This document shows, in pieces, positions 12,961 through 25,249 of a DNA stretch of 64,000 bases. Positions within the stretch are counted from its first letter, which is position 1, and each line of letters starts with the position of its first letter. This stretch comes from Octopus bimaculoides (lineage: Eukaryota), in the NCBI RefSeq assembly GCF_001194135.2, contig NC_068994.1:42229727-42293726 (forward strand). The letters run 5' to 3'. The notes under the pieces were generated by a model. It did not search any database and was not told the DNA's origin. It saw only the letters and a list, made by a program, of their open reading frames with translations. The position numbers were made by a program, and so were the translations under genes.

Positions 12961-14440
12961 TACTTGTTATCTTTTTAGGGTCAACAAAATACTCCAACGC
13001 AGTACTTGTGCAGATCTCTCCCCCCCCCCCCCTTAGTTGTCACATCCTGGATGTTTTACTAGGTTGAAGATAGACAGTTCAAGGAAGTGCCTGTATTTGT
13101 TTTTGACAATATGGGCACCTAAAACTATAAGTAAAATGCTTGCTACATTCTGATATCAAATCATTCTTGACTGAAAAGCCACAGCCATAAATTCCTGCTT
13201 TCTTCTTTTCATCATAGATACTCCTAAAAAATGGATAGAATGGTCACAGGGCTAATGTTATTAATCACAAATCTGCTCAATCAGAGTGAATGTGGAACTA
13301 AAAACTACAACAACAGTGACAACAACAAAATTGATTAGCTATATAACTAGGAATTAAAATAGAGTTAGAAGGTTGAGTTATTTGGTGCTGACCTTTGATC
13401 TAGAGTAATATGTGTGTATGCGTGTGTGTATGTGTGTGTTGTTGTTGATGTTGTTGTTGTTATGCAGCAGTTCTAACTTGCTGCAGTTGTTTAAAAAGAA
13501 CATCAATAACATTAGTTGCACTAGTCTTAGATGTCCTGTGAAGACCGTGGCCACAGACACCTCCCTCCAGACCAGGCCTGACTATCAAAAAAAAAAAATC
13601 TTTTCTTTTAAATTATGAATATATCACACAATCTTGTTTATTCTCTCTGTGATTCTAATGTTTTGTGAATATTTAAGAAATGATTATAATATATAAAAAA
13701 AGTAATAATAATAAAACTAAACTACCACCATACCAATTACTGCATATTGTTCACAACATAATTTTTTTATGGTAGGCTATAAATGTATGTGTGTATGCGC
13801 ATGCATGTATGTGTGTGTGTGTGTGCATGTGAATGAGTACATACATACATTCATAAATACATATATACATGCATACATATATAATTATATATATATATAT
13901 ATATATNNNNNNNNNNNNNNNNNNNNNNNNNNNNNNNNNNNNNNNNNNNNNNNNNNNNNNNNNNNNNNNNNNNNNNNNNNNNNNNTATATATATTTATAT
14001 ATATACATGTACATATATATGCTTATGTGTATACATATACATCGATATATTGTCGTGCGTGTGTGTGTGTGTGTGTGAGTGTGTGATATCTAAAATCATA
14101 TATATATATAAATATATATCATGTATCACGCAAGCCTTATGTGATATTGTTTATAATTATTTGTCCATATATTGAAGGCAAATAAATGACTCTGGAAATG
14201 AAGAAAAGATGAAAGAGAACATGCAAGAGGCAGAAGAATGAAATAATAATATCAGTGATCTGATTGGAAGACTGAAAGAGAGAATTCTTATGAAATGTAA
14301 TGATGTATATCTGTGTATGAAAGACAATGGAGCCAGGGAGGTCAGAGAGAGACAGAAACACAAAGAGGGAGAAAAAAGGAGAAAGAGAGAAAAAAGAAAG
14401 AGAGAGAGACTGAATGAGAAATATAAAGACATCTCAAAGA

Positions 14441-16846
14441 TCAAAGAGATGCTGTATTTACCTGACTTGCTGAAGGAAGATTTCTGCTGAGATTTGAAGA
14501 CTTCCATTGTTTGTTGAATTCAGCTTCCGGGACAAGTTGACTTTCCAAATCTACAAGCTGCATGTTTTTATGTTTGATGTCATCAGGGTTCTTTGTTATA
14601 ATGACGAGGTTGTTTGTTTGTGATATCAAATGTCTCATTTCCCTCCAAGGCTGGATTGATGCATTCAATGAGGGGCTGTTTGTTAGATTCCGTTGATTAT
14701 TGTGCCGAACTATACATATTGTAATAAATACTACTATAGATATCGACACAACAACAGCAATAACAACAATAATTATCACAATGTTTATATCTAGCATACT
14801 TCCAGATTTGGAATGTGAACCAGTAAACAAGACAGATGTTGTATTGCTAACAGTCAGAGTTAAAGACAATCTAGTCGTTGCTGATAAAACTGGTGTACCA
14901 CTGTCTTTGACAGCTACTTTTATATCATATGACCCAGCGTCGTTTTGGTAAACTGTACGTGAAAAAGATAAAACTCCTGTATAAGGATTAACTGCAAATA
15001 ACTGTTTCTCATTGCCTCCAAGTATTTCATACTTGAGGAAAGCATTAACATGACTGTCTCTGTCAGAAGCTCTTAGGGTTGTGATGTCACTTTTGCTCTG
15101 CGGATGGTAGTGGACGTCTAGATTGAAAGGGTTAACACTAGGAAATGTAAAATAGGGAGCATTGTCGTTTTGATCAATAACCTCAACAATAACTTCACCA
15201 ATACTTTCAAGGTTAGGTATTCCATTATCTTTCACCTTGACTTGGAAATTATAAACATTCTGTAATTCATGATCAACAGACTGGTTTGTGGATACAAATC
15301 CGTAGCTTGTTATCTGGAATGGAAGTCTATATTTATTATTAGCTAACAAAGAAAATGTCAGCTGGCCTCCAAGCCCAAGATCAGAATCTGTGGCATTGAT
15401 GAAACCTACAGGGAAATAAGGTTTTTCATTCTCATAAATTAAAAACTTAAATATATTCTTTGTAAACTTTGGCTGCACATCATTCACATCCATTACTTCA
15501 ATGGAGTATTTCTGTACAATTTCTAATGGGGGAGTTCCCTCGTCTTGACATACTATCGTAATAGTATAATGATCTTTTGTCTCACGGTCAACTGAATTTT
15601 TCAAAATAATTTTGTATTCTTTTGAGCCCAACATTAGAAGCTGGAATTTATTGTGTTGAAGTTCACATGATACTTCCCCATTTGATCCAGCATCATTATC
15701 AATCAGCATAACATATGCAATGAAACTACCAACTTCAGTATCTTCTGAAATAGCTGCTGAGCTTTCACTGAGGGGAGTCAGAAAATTTACATTGATAGTT
15801 GGGTAATTATTTTGTTGGTTAATGACATTTATAAGAACCAAAGCAGCCGAACTTAATGGAGGCTTTCCTCTATCACTTGCTCTCACAAATAATTCATTGA
15901 CTTGCTTTTCAAGAGATGCAAAAGTTTCTTTCAAAAATATTTCTCCCGTCTCTTCATTTAACATAAAATGTCTATTAGCTGATTCTGATGTTTTTGAACT
16001 GAAATAGTAGGAAACTTTACCATTTTCATTAGAATCTAAATCACTGGCAGACAAAACAGCAATTGGAGACCGCAAACTTTCATTGTTCTGAATAGAAATA
16101 TTATAAACAACTTGAGAGAAAACAGGAGCATTATCATTAACATCGGTTACAGATATATGAACCAGTAAAATTCCTTGCTTTGAAGGCGTACCTTCATCTT
16201 TTGCAATGATTTTAATCACATACATTTCCTGTTTTTCTCTGTCTAGTTTTTCTTTCAAATATATTCCCAATTCTGAATTTCCATCAAGACTTTTTGATAC
16301 TGACAGTGCAAATGGTTTGTTTTGGTTTTCTTGAAGCTCATATGTTATTTCTGAATTGCGAACGGTAATATCATTATCAATAGCATTCGGGATAGATTTT
16401 TTCATTCCTTTCCAGTCACCTTCAGAAAACTGAAGATTTATTTGCTTGTCACTAAACTCTGGTGAGTGGTCATTTATATCTTCAATTACTATTTTCAGTT
16501 TTAATATTTTCATAAACATCTTTGCTTGTCGAACAGCAACTTTCACAACCTTGAAACATTGTTTACCATAAGAACAAAGTGATTCAGCATCTAGTAATTG
16601 AGTGGTGTAAAGTTTCCCAGTTTTACTAACATTAAATAACTGAGTGTCGTCAGTTAATCTTTGTTTTATTAAACTGAACCATATTAAACTATGGTCAGTC
16701 GAAGGCAAGGAATCAAATATTTTGCTGTCAGCAACAATGTTACCTACATAGGTGCCAGAATTCTGTTCTTCTTCAACGTGGTAAATTAAATCGATACAAA
16801 AGGTATAAGAAGTAATGGAAAGGATTAATAGTATTGGTGCCAACAT
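14441..16846 (-). CDS. Pcdh: Protocadherin (cephalopod-type): signal peptide, 6 EC repeats, TM and proximal cytoplasmic tail in one exon. Probably spliced at 14462/14461 to a downstream exon rather than ending at the 14441 stop.
   Basis: The 803-aa ORF starts with a hydrophobic leader (MLAPILLILSITSYTFC; first ATG at 16846, the track starts at an upstream GTG). Six repeats carry cadherin motifs (DINDHSPEF, LDRE, DVNDNAPVF, VDRE, DVNDVQPKF, DQNDNAPYF, A/xxDxGxP). A TM helix (INIVIIIVVIAVVVSISIVVFITICIV) follows. CAG|GTAAAT donor in phase 0 after ...PSASQ. Long polypyrimidine acceptor (...ccttttcttttgttatattttcAG) at 17205-17206. Confidence 0.97.
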   Translation of the reverse strand: MLAPILLILSITSYTFCIDLIYHVEEEQNSGTYVGNIVADSKIFDSLPSTDHSLIWFSLIKQRLTDDTQLFNVSKTGKLYTTQLLDAESLCSYGKQCFKVVKVAVRQAKMFMKILKLKIVIEDINDHSPEFSDKQINLQFSEGDWKGMKKSIPNAIDNDITVRNSEITYELQENQNKPFALSVSKSLDGNSELGIYLKEKLDREKQEMYVIKIIAKDEGTPSKQGILLVHISVTDVNDNAPVFSQVVYNISIQNNESLRSPIAVLSASDLDSNENGKVSYYFSSKTSESANRHFMLNEETGEIFLKETFASLEKQVNELFVRASDRGKPPLSSAALVLINVINQQNNYPTINVNFLTPLSESSAAISEDTEVGSFIAYVMLIDNDAGSNGEVSCELQHNKFQLLMLGSKEYKIILKNSVDRETKDHYTITIVCQDEGTPPLEIVQKYSIEVMDVNDVQPKFTKNIFKFLIYENEKPYFPVGFINATDSDLGLGGQLTFSLLANNKYRLPFQITSYGFVSTNQSVDHELQNVYNFQVKVKDNGIPNLESIGEVIVEVIDQNDNAPYFTFPSVNPFNLDVHYHPQSKSDITTLRASDRDSHVNAFLKYEILGGNEKQLFAVNPYTGVLSFSRTVYQNDAGSYDIKVAVKDSGTPVLSATTRLSLTLTVSNTTSVLFTGSHSKSGSMLDINIVIIIVVIAVVVSISIVVFITICIVRHNNQRNLTNSPSLNASIQPWREMRHLISQTNNLVIITKNPDDIKHKNMQLVDLESQLVPEAEFNKQWKSSNLSRNLPSASQVNTASL

Positions 16847-17047
16847 ATCCACTCTTCTTATTTTGCAGACTGTTATATAACATTGGTGCTAACATGTCCT
16901 GTGTTGTTTCTCTGCTGTCTGTCACATATCATTAGTATCAAAGTATCTTCATTCATTGTTCTGGAGTTTGTTATGTAACATTGCTGCAATCACAACCATC
17001 TTTCTTCTTGCAGGGACTTTTATATAACATTGACACTGTTATGAGTT
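16803..17047 (-). repeat. Five-unit diverged tandem repeat with exact 49-bp period in the protocadherin 5' leader and start
   Basis: The core caATGttatataac recurs with its ATG-equivalent at + strand positions 17028, 16979, 16930, 16881 and 16832 (last one mutated). Units C and D align without gaps at 24/37 positions. Confidence 0.8.
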
Positions 17048-17554
17048 TTCCTTGTATATTATGATACCGGCATTATTGTATCATTTTAAAGCAATAAACC
17101 TCAAGTTTAGGATCACTGTTAAACGACTTTGGTACCAAGAATACCAGTTGTAGAAATGATAAAAATGAAATTGAAGATTATTTCTGTGTTCACAGTAAAA
17201 GTTTCTGAAAATATAACAAAAGAAAAGGATATTAATGATAAGATTCAAGAATAAGGTAACTATGAATATAATGTTAAATGCATTAACTTTAGTGTTCTGA
17301 TGATGGTCTCAAACATAGAGTATTTTCTGGCATACAAGTTGACATAGTAATATAGTGTAATCATGTAGTGTAAACATTTAAACATTGTCTGTCTTTCCAT
17401 ATTTCACATAGAATTTATGGTCCTTCAAAATCATCTTGGTGTATAAGACAACCCTACCTCTTTTGTCTGTAAATTTTTGTCTGTAAAATTCAACTTGTGT
17501 GCTGGAAAATATGGTATGTTTTCTCTTTTTTATAGACAGATGTATGAAATGATA

Positions 17555-17950
17555 AGTAGAGTGGGTGTGTGGTAAGTAGCTTGCTTACAAGCCACACAGT
17601 TCTGGGTTCAGTCCCACTGCGTGGCACCTTGGGCAAGTGTCTTCTACTCTAGCCTCGGGCCGACCAAAGCCTTGTGAGTGGATTTGGTAGATGGAAACTG
17701 AAAGAAGCCCGTCGTATATATGTATATATATGTATGTGTGTGTGTGTGTGTGTGTGTTTGTCCCCCTAGCATTGCTTGACAACCGATGCTGGTGTGTTTA
17801 TGGCCCCGTCACTTAGCAGTTTGGCAAAAGAGACCGATAGAATAAGTACTAGGCTTACAAAGAATAAGTCCCGGGGTCGATTTGCTTGACTAAAGGCAGT
17901 GCTCCAGCATGGCCACAGTGAAATGACTGAAACAAGTAAAGAGTAAAGAG
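17555..17950 (+). mobile_element. SINE family A, near full length
   Basis: Same head, body and tail as 58150-58546. Confidence 0.9.
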
Positions 17951-19669
17951 TTATGAAATCATTATGGGATTAAGGAAATATTGCTGATTAGTCTGCTCAA
18001 CTTTGCTTCAACAAGTATTTGACATAGAGTTAAACACAGGGAGTTGCCATACACACAAAATTTGGATGGTATTAGCCTCTCCTATTTTTCTTGATGTCTC
18101 TACAATAATCCATTCAACTTTTAAGACATTTGAACTACATTAGTATTTCTGTTATTATTTATATAAGACATTGTCTTCAAGATGATGTCAATGGAAATGT
18201 TAACTCATTTCTAAAAAACCCCCAGGGCCCATAGGATCATGTTTCGTTTTAAGTTTTAGTAACGCTGAATAATTAGAATCGAATTTCTCCCGTCAAATTT
18301 GTAGTCAGGTAAACAGAATAGAATGCTTTTCTTAACAACAAAAATCTATGCCTGCTGTTAGACACAAATTCAAACTTTCCATTTAACTTATACACATTAA
18401 TTTTATATATCAAATTTTGTTTTATGTTCTGCATTGATGTCTCTTTATGGTTTCTGGGCTTTCTAGAAATTTTAGCTTTATCTCCCCCAACATACTCTCC
18501 ATCAATTCTGTACATTCTGGGTTCAAATATTGCCTTGTTATCAACATACAGTAAATTTTCTGGAAAGTATCATGGTTGACAGATGACATCAGCAGCTTGA
18601 AAAAAAACTAAAAGAAACATTATTTTTTGGAATATTGGATCTTGAAGTACATCACATTTGATAGAGTGTGAAGGCATGTGGCATAGTGGTTAGGGTATTC
18701 AGCTCACAATTGTAAGGTCATGAGTTCAATTCCCCGTGGTGCATTGTGTCCTTGAGCAAGACACTTTATTTCACATTGCTCCAGTTCACTCAGCTGGCAA
18801 AAATTAGTAGTATCTCTAATTCAGATGGCTGGCCTTGTCACACTCTGTATAATGCTGAATCTCCCTAAGGGTACACGCCTTCATCATCACATGGGAATCC
18901 AGACTACCCTTTTTCAATAAGTAAAAAAAATATTATTGATCAGAAAAAATCTTACCAGAAAAACATTGATAGGGTGAAGCATATGTGTGAGAAATAGAGA
19001 AGGAGTGTGGGAAAATAAAAAACATATTTGAAGCTTAAAGGAAAAAAAAATCAACTGATATGTTTTCTAATTTTAACACCAACTTTCATATAAAAGGGAT
19101 GCAGAATAGAATTGATCAGTTTTATGTAAAAATATTTTTGAAGAGCAAAAGAAAAAAAAAAATTTAGAATCATATAATGTATAATGAACTAAAATGTAGT
19201 TACAAAATGTTGACAAAGCTGAGCCAATCAATATTCTAAATAACATTGAAATGTTGAAGAAAGTTTTGTGAAAAGAAAATTATTAACTCCATAACAGATA
19301 CATTTTTCTGACATTTTGAAGTATGGAATAAAAATAATGAGCTATAAATATATGAATGAAGAAATGTCACCAGTCATAGACAAGCTTTGATTGGGTTTGA
19401 GAGGTAAATGGACTTTTACTTATAGTAAGAGTGGGAAATCCTCTGAGACAGATGGAAGCAGGTGATTATGTGGGATGTGTTTAGATAGCTTACAATTTGA
19501 AATTTGGAGTATATATGTGTATGGAAGGCAATAGAAACCGAAAGTGAAGCAGTCGTCAGAAAGAAAGTGGGTGTAATTTGTTTTATCCAGGCCACTGGAG
19601 TCAGGTATCCATATGATGTGATGGAAAGTAAAGTTGTTCACAGTTTTGTAAAGTGATTATCAACACATA

Positions 19670-20013
19670 TGTGAAGGTACATGGCTCAGTGGTTAGAGCA
19701 TCAAGCTCACAATCATGAGGTAATGAGTTCTGATTCCTGGACCAGGTTGTGTGTTGTGTTCTTCAACAAGACACTTTATTTTCACATTGCTCCAGTTCAC
19801 CCAGCTATAGGAATGAGTTGTGATGTCACTGTGATGCCAAGCTGTATTGACCTTTGCCTTTCCCTTGGATAACAATCAGTGGCATGAAAAGGGGAGGCTG
19901 GTATGTATAGGCAACTGCTGGTCTTCCACAAACAAATTTGTCAGATTTGTTCCTCAGAGGGGAACTTTCTAGGTGCAATCCCATGGTCATTCATGATTGA
20001 AGGGGGTCTTTAT
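19670..20013 (+). mobile_element. tRNA-derived SINE family B, full length. Other copies at 36980-37322 (-), 370-640 and 22990-23145.
   Basis: ATGGCTCAGTGGTTAGAGC head, cttcaacaagacactttat core, and cctttcccttggataac...ggtgcaatcccatggtcattcatga tail shared among copies. Confidence 0.85.
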
Positions 20014-20659
20014 CTCATTAATAGAAAAGTTGAGCACATTCTGATACATCTGAAGAAAGTAACTGTAGCTGACACTAGTTCTTTTAACCCCCTTTTTACC
20101 ATATTTCTGTTGATAATAGTGAATTTAGTAGAGTTACTCTGTCAGTATTAAGCTGGTGTTTAGAACTTATATTAACAATGAAATTTTGACAGATTTTGAT
20201 TTATATCATTTTTAAACAGAAAGTTTGTATCATAGCATCAGAGATGATCTTGGATTGATTGCTACCAAAAGGGTTAATTTGAGATTTTGTTGCTATGTTT
20301 CTGTTGAAATATATTGATATTGACTTTGTTTAAACTTATCTTGAAAATAATGAAGAATGTAGTAAAATAATTTTGTCATCGTTAGGCCAGTATTAATGTA
20401 GCATGAAATTATGTTCGAAAATTTTTATTCATTATTTATGATGATGATGATGATGAAGATGAAAATCACAATGATGGTGATGATGAAGATAAAAATTACA
20501 ATGATGATGATGGTTTATAGATGCAGACATGGCTGTGTGGTAAGATGTTTGCTTACCAACCACATGATTCCAGGTTCAGTCTTGAGCAAGTATCTTCTAT
20601 ATAGCCTTGGGCCAACCAAAGCCTTGAGAGTGTATTTGGTAGATGAAAACGAAAGAAAC

Positions 20660-20698
<39 letters not shown>

Positions 20699-23367
20699 AT
20701 ATTTGTCTTGATCTGGCCTTGTTAAGTTGGTGATCAAGATTAACCTTTCGATATCAACACTGCAGCTAAGGTGGCAGGCTGGCAGAATTGTTAGCACACC
20801 AGGCAAAATGCTTAGCAACATTTTGTTTGTCTTTACGCTCTGAGTTCAAATTCCACTGCGGTCGACTGTGGGTGTAATTTGTCTTCATTCTTTCAGTCTC
20901 TTCCCCCAAAATTTCAGCCTTGTGCTTTTAGTAGAAAGGATATTGATACTGCTTCTGTTGCTATTATTTTTTAAGAAGCCCACTAACCTGAATAGATATG
21001 CACTGTGATTCTAAATATTGTGGACTGGAGATTCAGCTGTTATTGCACTGTTTGACTTCAGTGACATAGGAACTTATAGCAGGGCAAGATCACATGACCT
21101 GGCAGTTCTGGTGGCCATAACAGATGATTCTCGACTCTCATCTGTCAATGACATAATACCATGTGCTTTTATGCAACGCAAGTCCATATGGCACGTTCTC
21201 TCAATGTAAATAATGCAGTATTTTGTGTTCTAACACAACATTCACATTACAGCAATGACCAAGATTACCTTCTGGTTTTAACACTGCTTCTGTTGCTATT
21301 AAATATATATCTCTATATCTATGTGTGTGTGATTTTGTGTCTGTGTTTGCATCTACCCCACCACCACCACCACCACTTGACAACCAGTGTTGTTGTGCTT
21401 ACATCCCCATAGCTTAGCGTTTTGGCAAAAGAAAACAATAGAACCTGTATTAGGCTTTACAAAATAATATGATAAGTACAAGGGTTGATCCAGTCGACTA
21501 AAATACTTCAAGGTCATGCCCTAGAATGGCCACAGTCTAATGACAAAAACAAGTAAGCTATGAAAAACTAAATAAAAGATCATTTTAAGACTGAAAGTTT
21601 GTATCACAGGACTAGTAATAGTCTTAGTTTGACTGGTACCAAAAGAGCTAAATTCAGATCTTGTCAATAAGGTAAACAATGATCCATTAGATGTGATGCG
21701 ATGTAACATAGTATGTAACATTGTATGTAATATAGTTTGTAAAGAACTGATTCTCAATCAGTAAATATGATAGGAAGTTTAAGCAAATGTCTACTGTAAT
21801 AACATCATCATAAAGAAGCAATGGTTGATGATAGCAGTTATTAATAAAGAGTTTGTCAGTCAAGTAAATAACTTATTCTGAATTGCCATTAATTATAGAA
21901 AATACATCATTACAGACATAAAATCTGAACCTGTATTCTAGGTGATTTGCAGAATGACGAGAATAAGCAGAATCAGAGAGGAAATGGATGTAAAAGGTGG
22001 ATTACAACCATGGGAGTGGAATCATAGTGATTACATGTTTGAGTATGTGATGTATAACAATTTAAATTGGTATGGCAGTCATAAGAAACGAGCTGTGAAT
22101 AAGAAAACTCTCTAACAAAACTTGTTGCATGTATTTGCTACATAATTAGCTAACATTATTTAACATTTGCTATACCAGAATAATATGTGAGAAATTTTTA
22201 ATAATTTTTCCCTCTAGTGTTAAACTTAAACTAGTGATTATATTTTTGTCTTTAATATGTTTAATATGTTATATCTTTAATATGTTATATACTTCTGTAT
22301 TTTATAATATTCACTTCTGTTATTTAGCAATGTGTCTGCTATTCTATATATTATTTCTCTAAAATGTTATTTTGCTGCTTGGATTTAGTACCTGACACAA
22401 TATTACAGTAGCAATATAATTTTAATGAAATTTCAACTTTACATATCCTGATCCTATGGTAAAAGACCATCATTTGGAATTTTAATAAATAAAATATCAA
22501 ATATGGTATTCAAATATATAATTGTAGTTTTACTGTTTATTATTTAAGAAAATTACTATAAGGTCTTAGTTTTGTAACATGATGATTTATAAATTTGATT
22601 GACTGAGATTATCCCTGCAGTTAGCAGACAAAAGTTCCCCCCTAGAGTGAAAATTCAAAAACAGCAAGTTAAATTCTCATGAACAAAGGCTGGAGAAAAG
22701 CTTTGTCTGAAACAATGTCCAATATTCTGAGAAAAATTATGATCTTTGTGACACCTCCAGCACGTGGACACCCGAACACTCATCGTTTCTGCAATTCTTC
22801 AGCGTGTGTGTGTGTGTGTGTGAGTGTGACCCCTCCCCACACACACATCACTGTATTAACCTGACTCAGATGTTGTTGTACCTCACTGGTCACATTGCAC
22901 TTCCAATTACTTCTTGATTGTACCACACTTTTCCATCTTGTCCCAAATTGCTTAACATCTTCCCATTGTCCTAGAGGCCTTTCGAGTGGCCTTTCCCTTG
23001 GATAACATCAGTGGCATGAAGAGGGGAGGCTGGTATGCATGGGTGACTGCTGGTCTTCCATTAACAACCTTGCCCAGACTTGTCCTTTGGAAGGTAACTT
23101 TCTTGGTGCAATCCCATGGTCATTCATGACTGAAGGGGGTCCATATGTAATATATAAAAATATGTATGCATGTCTACAGATTCCTTTTACATATCTGTGC
23201 TTTGTGTTTACTGGTGTAAACTAGTGAGCAAATATGTCTCCCTTTGTGTCACAGAGTGATTTAATGATTGAATAAATAGATATTGATAAAATAAATAAGT
23301 GGCTAGTTAGAAAATCTCTATAAGAGATGAAAGTAATAACTATACTGAGAGGTAATATCTATCACTG

Positions 23368-23826
23368 CTTCAATATGGCTATTCCATAAGAACTGCCATT
23401 ATTACTGTTTTTAACTCCAGAAGGAACTTTCTCTGGCTGGTTATCTGTGCAATCTGCACCCTATATACATCACAAGCATACTTCTGAGTATAGTTACTAC
23501 TTTCTTCTCTTATAGAGATTTTCTAACTAACAACTTTGCTTGCTGTAAGATCAGTAACTGGTTCTCACTTGTTTTTTTATATATTGTCAGCTGGAGTAGA
23601 CTACTGCTATCTCTAATGGATGGGTGTCCACCACTGAGGATGAGCACAAATAGCTCAAAATCATAAGGTCTGGTGGTCCCGTTTTCTGCTAGAAGATGGT
23701 AAGGGTTTTCTCCCCTGCTTGCAATACGTATCGGGTGCAGATTGCATCATTAACCAGCTGGAGGAAGCTCCTCCTGGGGTTAAAAATGGTAATAACTTTG
23801 GTTCCTACAGGACAGCCATATTGAAG
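23368..23826. repeat. Inverted repeat pair of 111-bp arms (old fold-back/MITE)
   Basis: 23368-23478 versus the reverse complement of 23716-23826 aligns without gaps at 83/111 positions by manual count. Confidence 0.8.
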
Positions 23827-24546
23827 ATAAAATAAATATCAGATTGAAATAGGAACTGGAGCTGAGATCATCAAGGGAAACTGCTGAAAGAAGTGCCCCA
23901 GCATGGCTGCAGTTCAATGACTAACACATAATATTCAATTAAAGGCCTGACACATTGTGGTGTGCACCTATTATTTTTCTCCTTCTGTAACACATGCTTA
24001 TTTATAATGTACAATATTATAACTAACTGTTTAATGTGGGGGAAGAGTAAATACACCATAACTATATTTTCAATTTAATGCAGACTGAAAATGATTGATA
24101 GCATAAAACATTGCTCTGTTGCAGTTTATAGTAGCATGACTGAAAGTACATCACATTAGCAGCAACCAAGTAACAAAGTTGTTAAAATGTCAGAGAAAAT
24201 ACCTTGTAGTATCGGCTTTAGTTCTTTGTCTTCTGAGTTCAGTTTCCACCCAGGGATTCAAATCATACTGATGATCACTGGACCACATTTGATCATGAAA
24301 CTGATTTTGATGCCAACACATAGACACACACAAATATATATATATGTATATGTCTGTATGTGAGCATGTATCTATCTATCTATCTATCTATCTATATATA
24401 TATATANNNNNNNNNNNNNNNNNNNNNNNNNNNNNNNNNNNNNNNNNNNNNNNNNNNNNNNNNNNNNNNNNNNNNNNNNNNNNNNNNNNNNNNNNNNNNN
24501 NNNNNNNNNNNNNNNNNNNNNNNNNNNNNNNNNNNNNNNNNNNNNN

Positions 24547-24584
<38 letters not shown>

Positions 24585-24755
24585 CGTATACTGTGTTACA
24601 ATAAAAGGAGTGAATTCTTTTGTACCATCATATTTTGAGCTGTCTTAAAGTAAAGATGGCATATAAGAGTTGATTTCTTCTTTCTCTCTTGCCTAATGAT
24701 CTGAAACGTGTGTTTTAAATGCATTTAAGATATCGATATTTGGTTTGTCTGTATC

Positions 24756-24809
<54 letters not shown>

Positions 24810-24969
24810 ATTGAGTGAGAGAGCAGCACATACCATCAAAGTGACACTGGGATACAAATATATAAAACCCAATATACCCATCATGACTACCCATCTGATA
24901 AAGGTAAAACAGGCATGTGCCTCACAGCCCTATATGTGCAACATGGTGGCTTCATATCAATATAAACAG

Positions 24970-25003
<34 letters not shown>

Positions 25004-25249
25004 TATAGATGTGTGTATTTTTCCCTTGTTAACAATTAACACGGAAAAATAGATAAATAAAAATCACACAAGTAAAAAGGGTGTAGCTCCTTGTTTTTAA
25101 AGGTAGGAACTCCGGGTTTACATGAAATATTTTGTATAATATATATAAATAAATAAATGGAGTTAAACGCAGGTGTTATTCAAATTCTTTTACTTCCGAC
25201 ACGTTTCGAAGTTATCACTGGTATTACTCCATATACACCACTACTACAC

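Noticed and set aside
13378-13600. Poly-T acceptor at about 13585 followed by GC-rich sequence, as a candidate protocadherin exon 2
   Set aside because: The phase-0 reading runs into a microsatellite and is not tail-like. The 11.2 kb candidates are better supported.
14700-14951. + strand 83-aa ORF (also 15822-16007)
   Set aside because: Antisense shadows of the protocadherin CDS.
18273-18580. Minus-strand open frame of about 100 codons (YVDNKAIFEPRMYRIDGEY...) just upstream of the protocadherin
   Set aside because: Only a faint resemblance to a cadherin linker, with no other motifs and no convincing exon boundaries.
21018-21209. 63-aa + strand ORF in unique sequence (also 35743-35928)
   Set aside because: Short, with no recognisable homology or splice context. 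The 35.7 kb one adjoins an RTE-5'-like repeat remnant.
22770-22810. CTGAAGA...GAAA on the minus strand (also ccgaaaccc near 56960)
   Set aside because: No usable stem II or stem I, and no cleavable triplet. Not a hammerhead.
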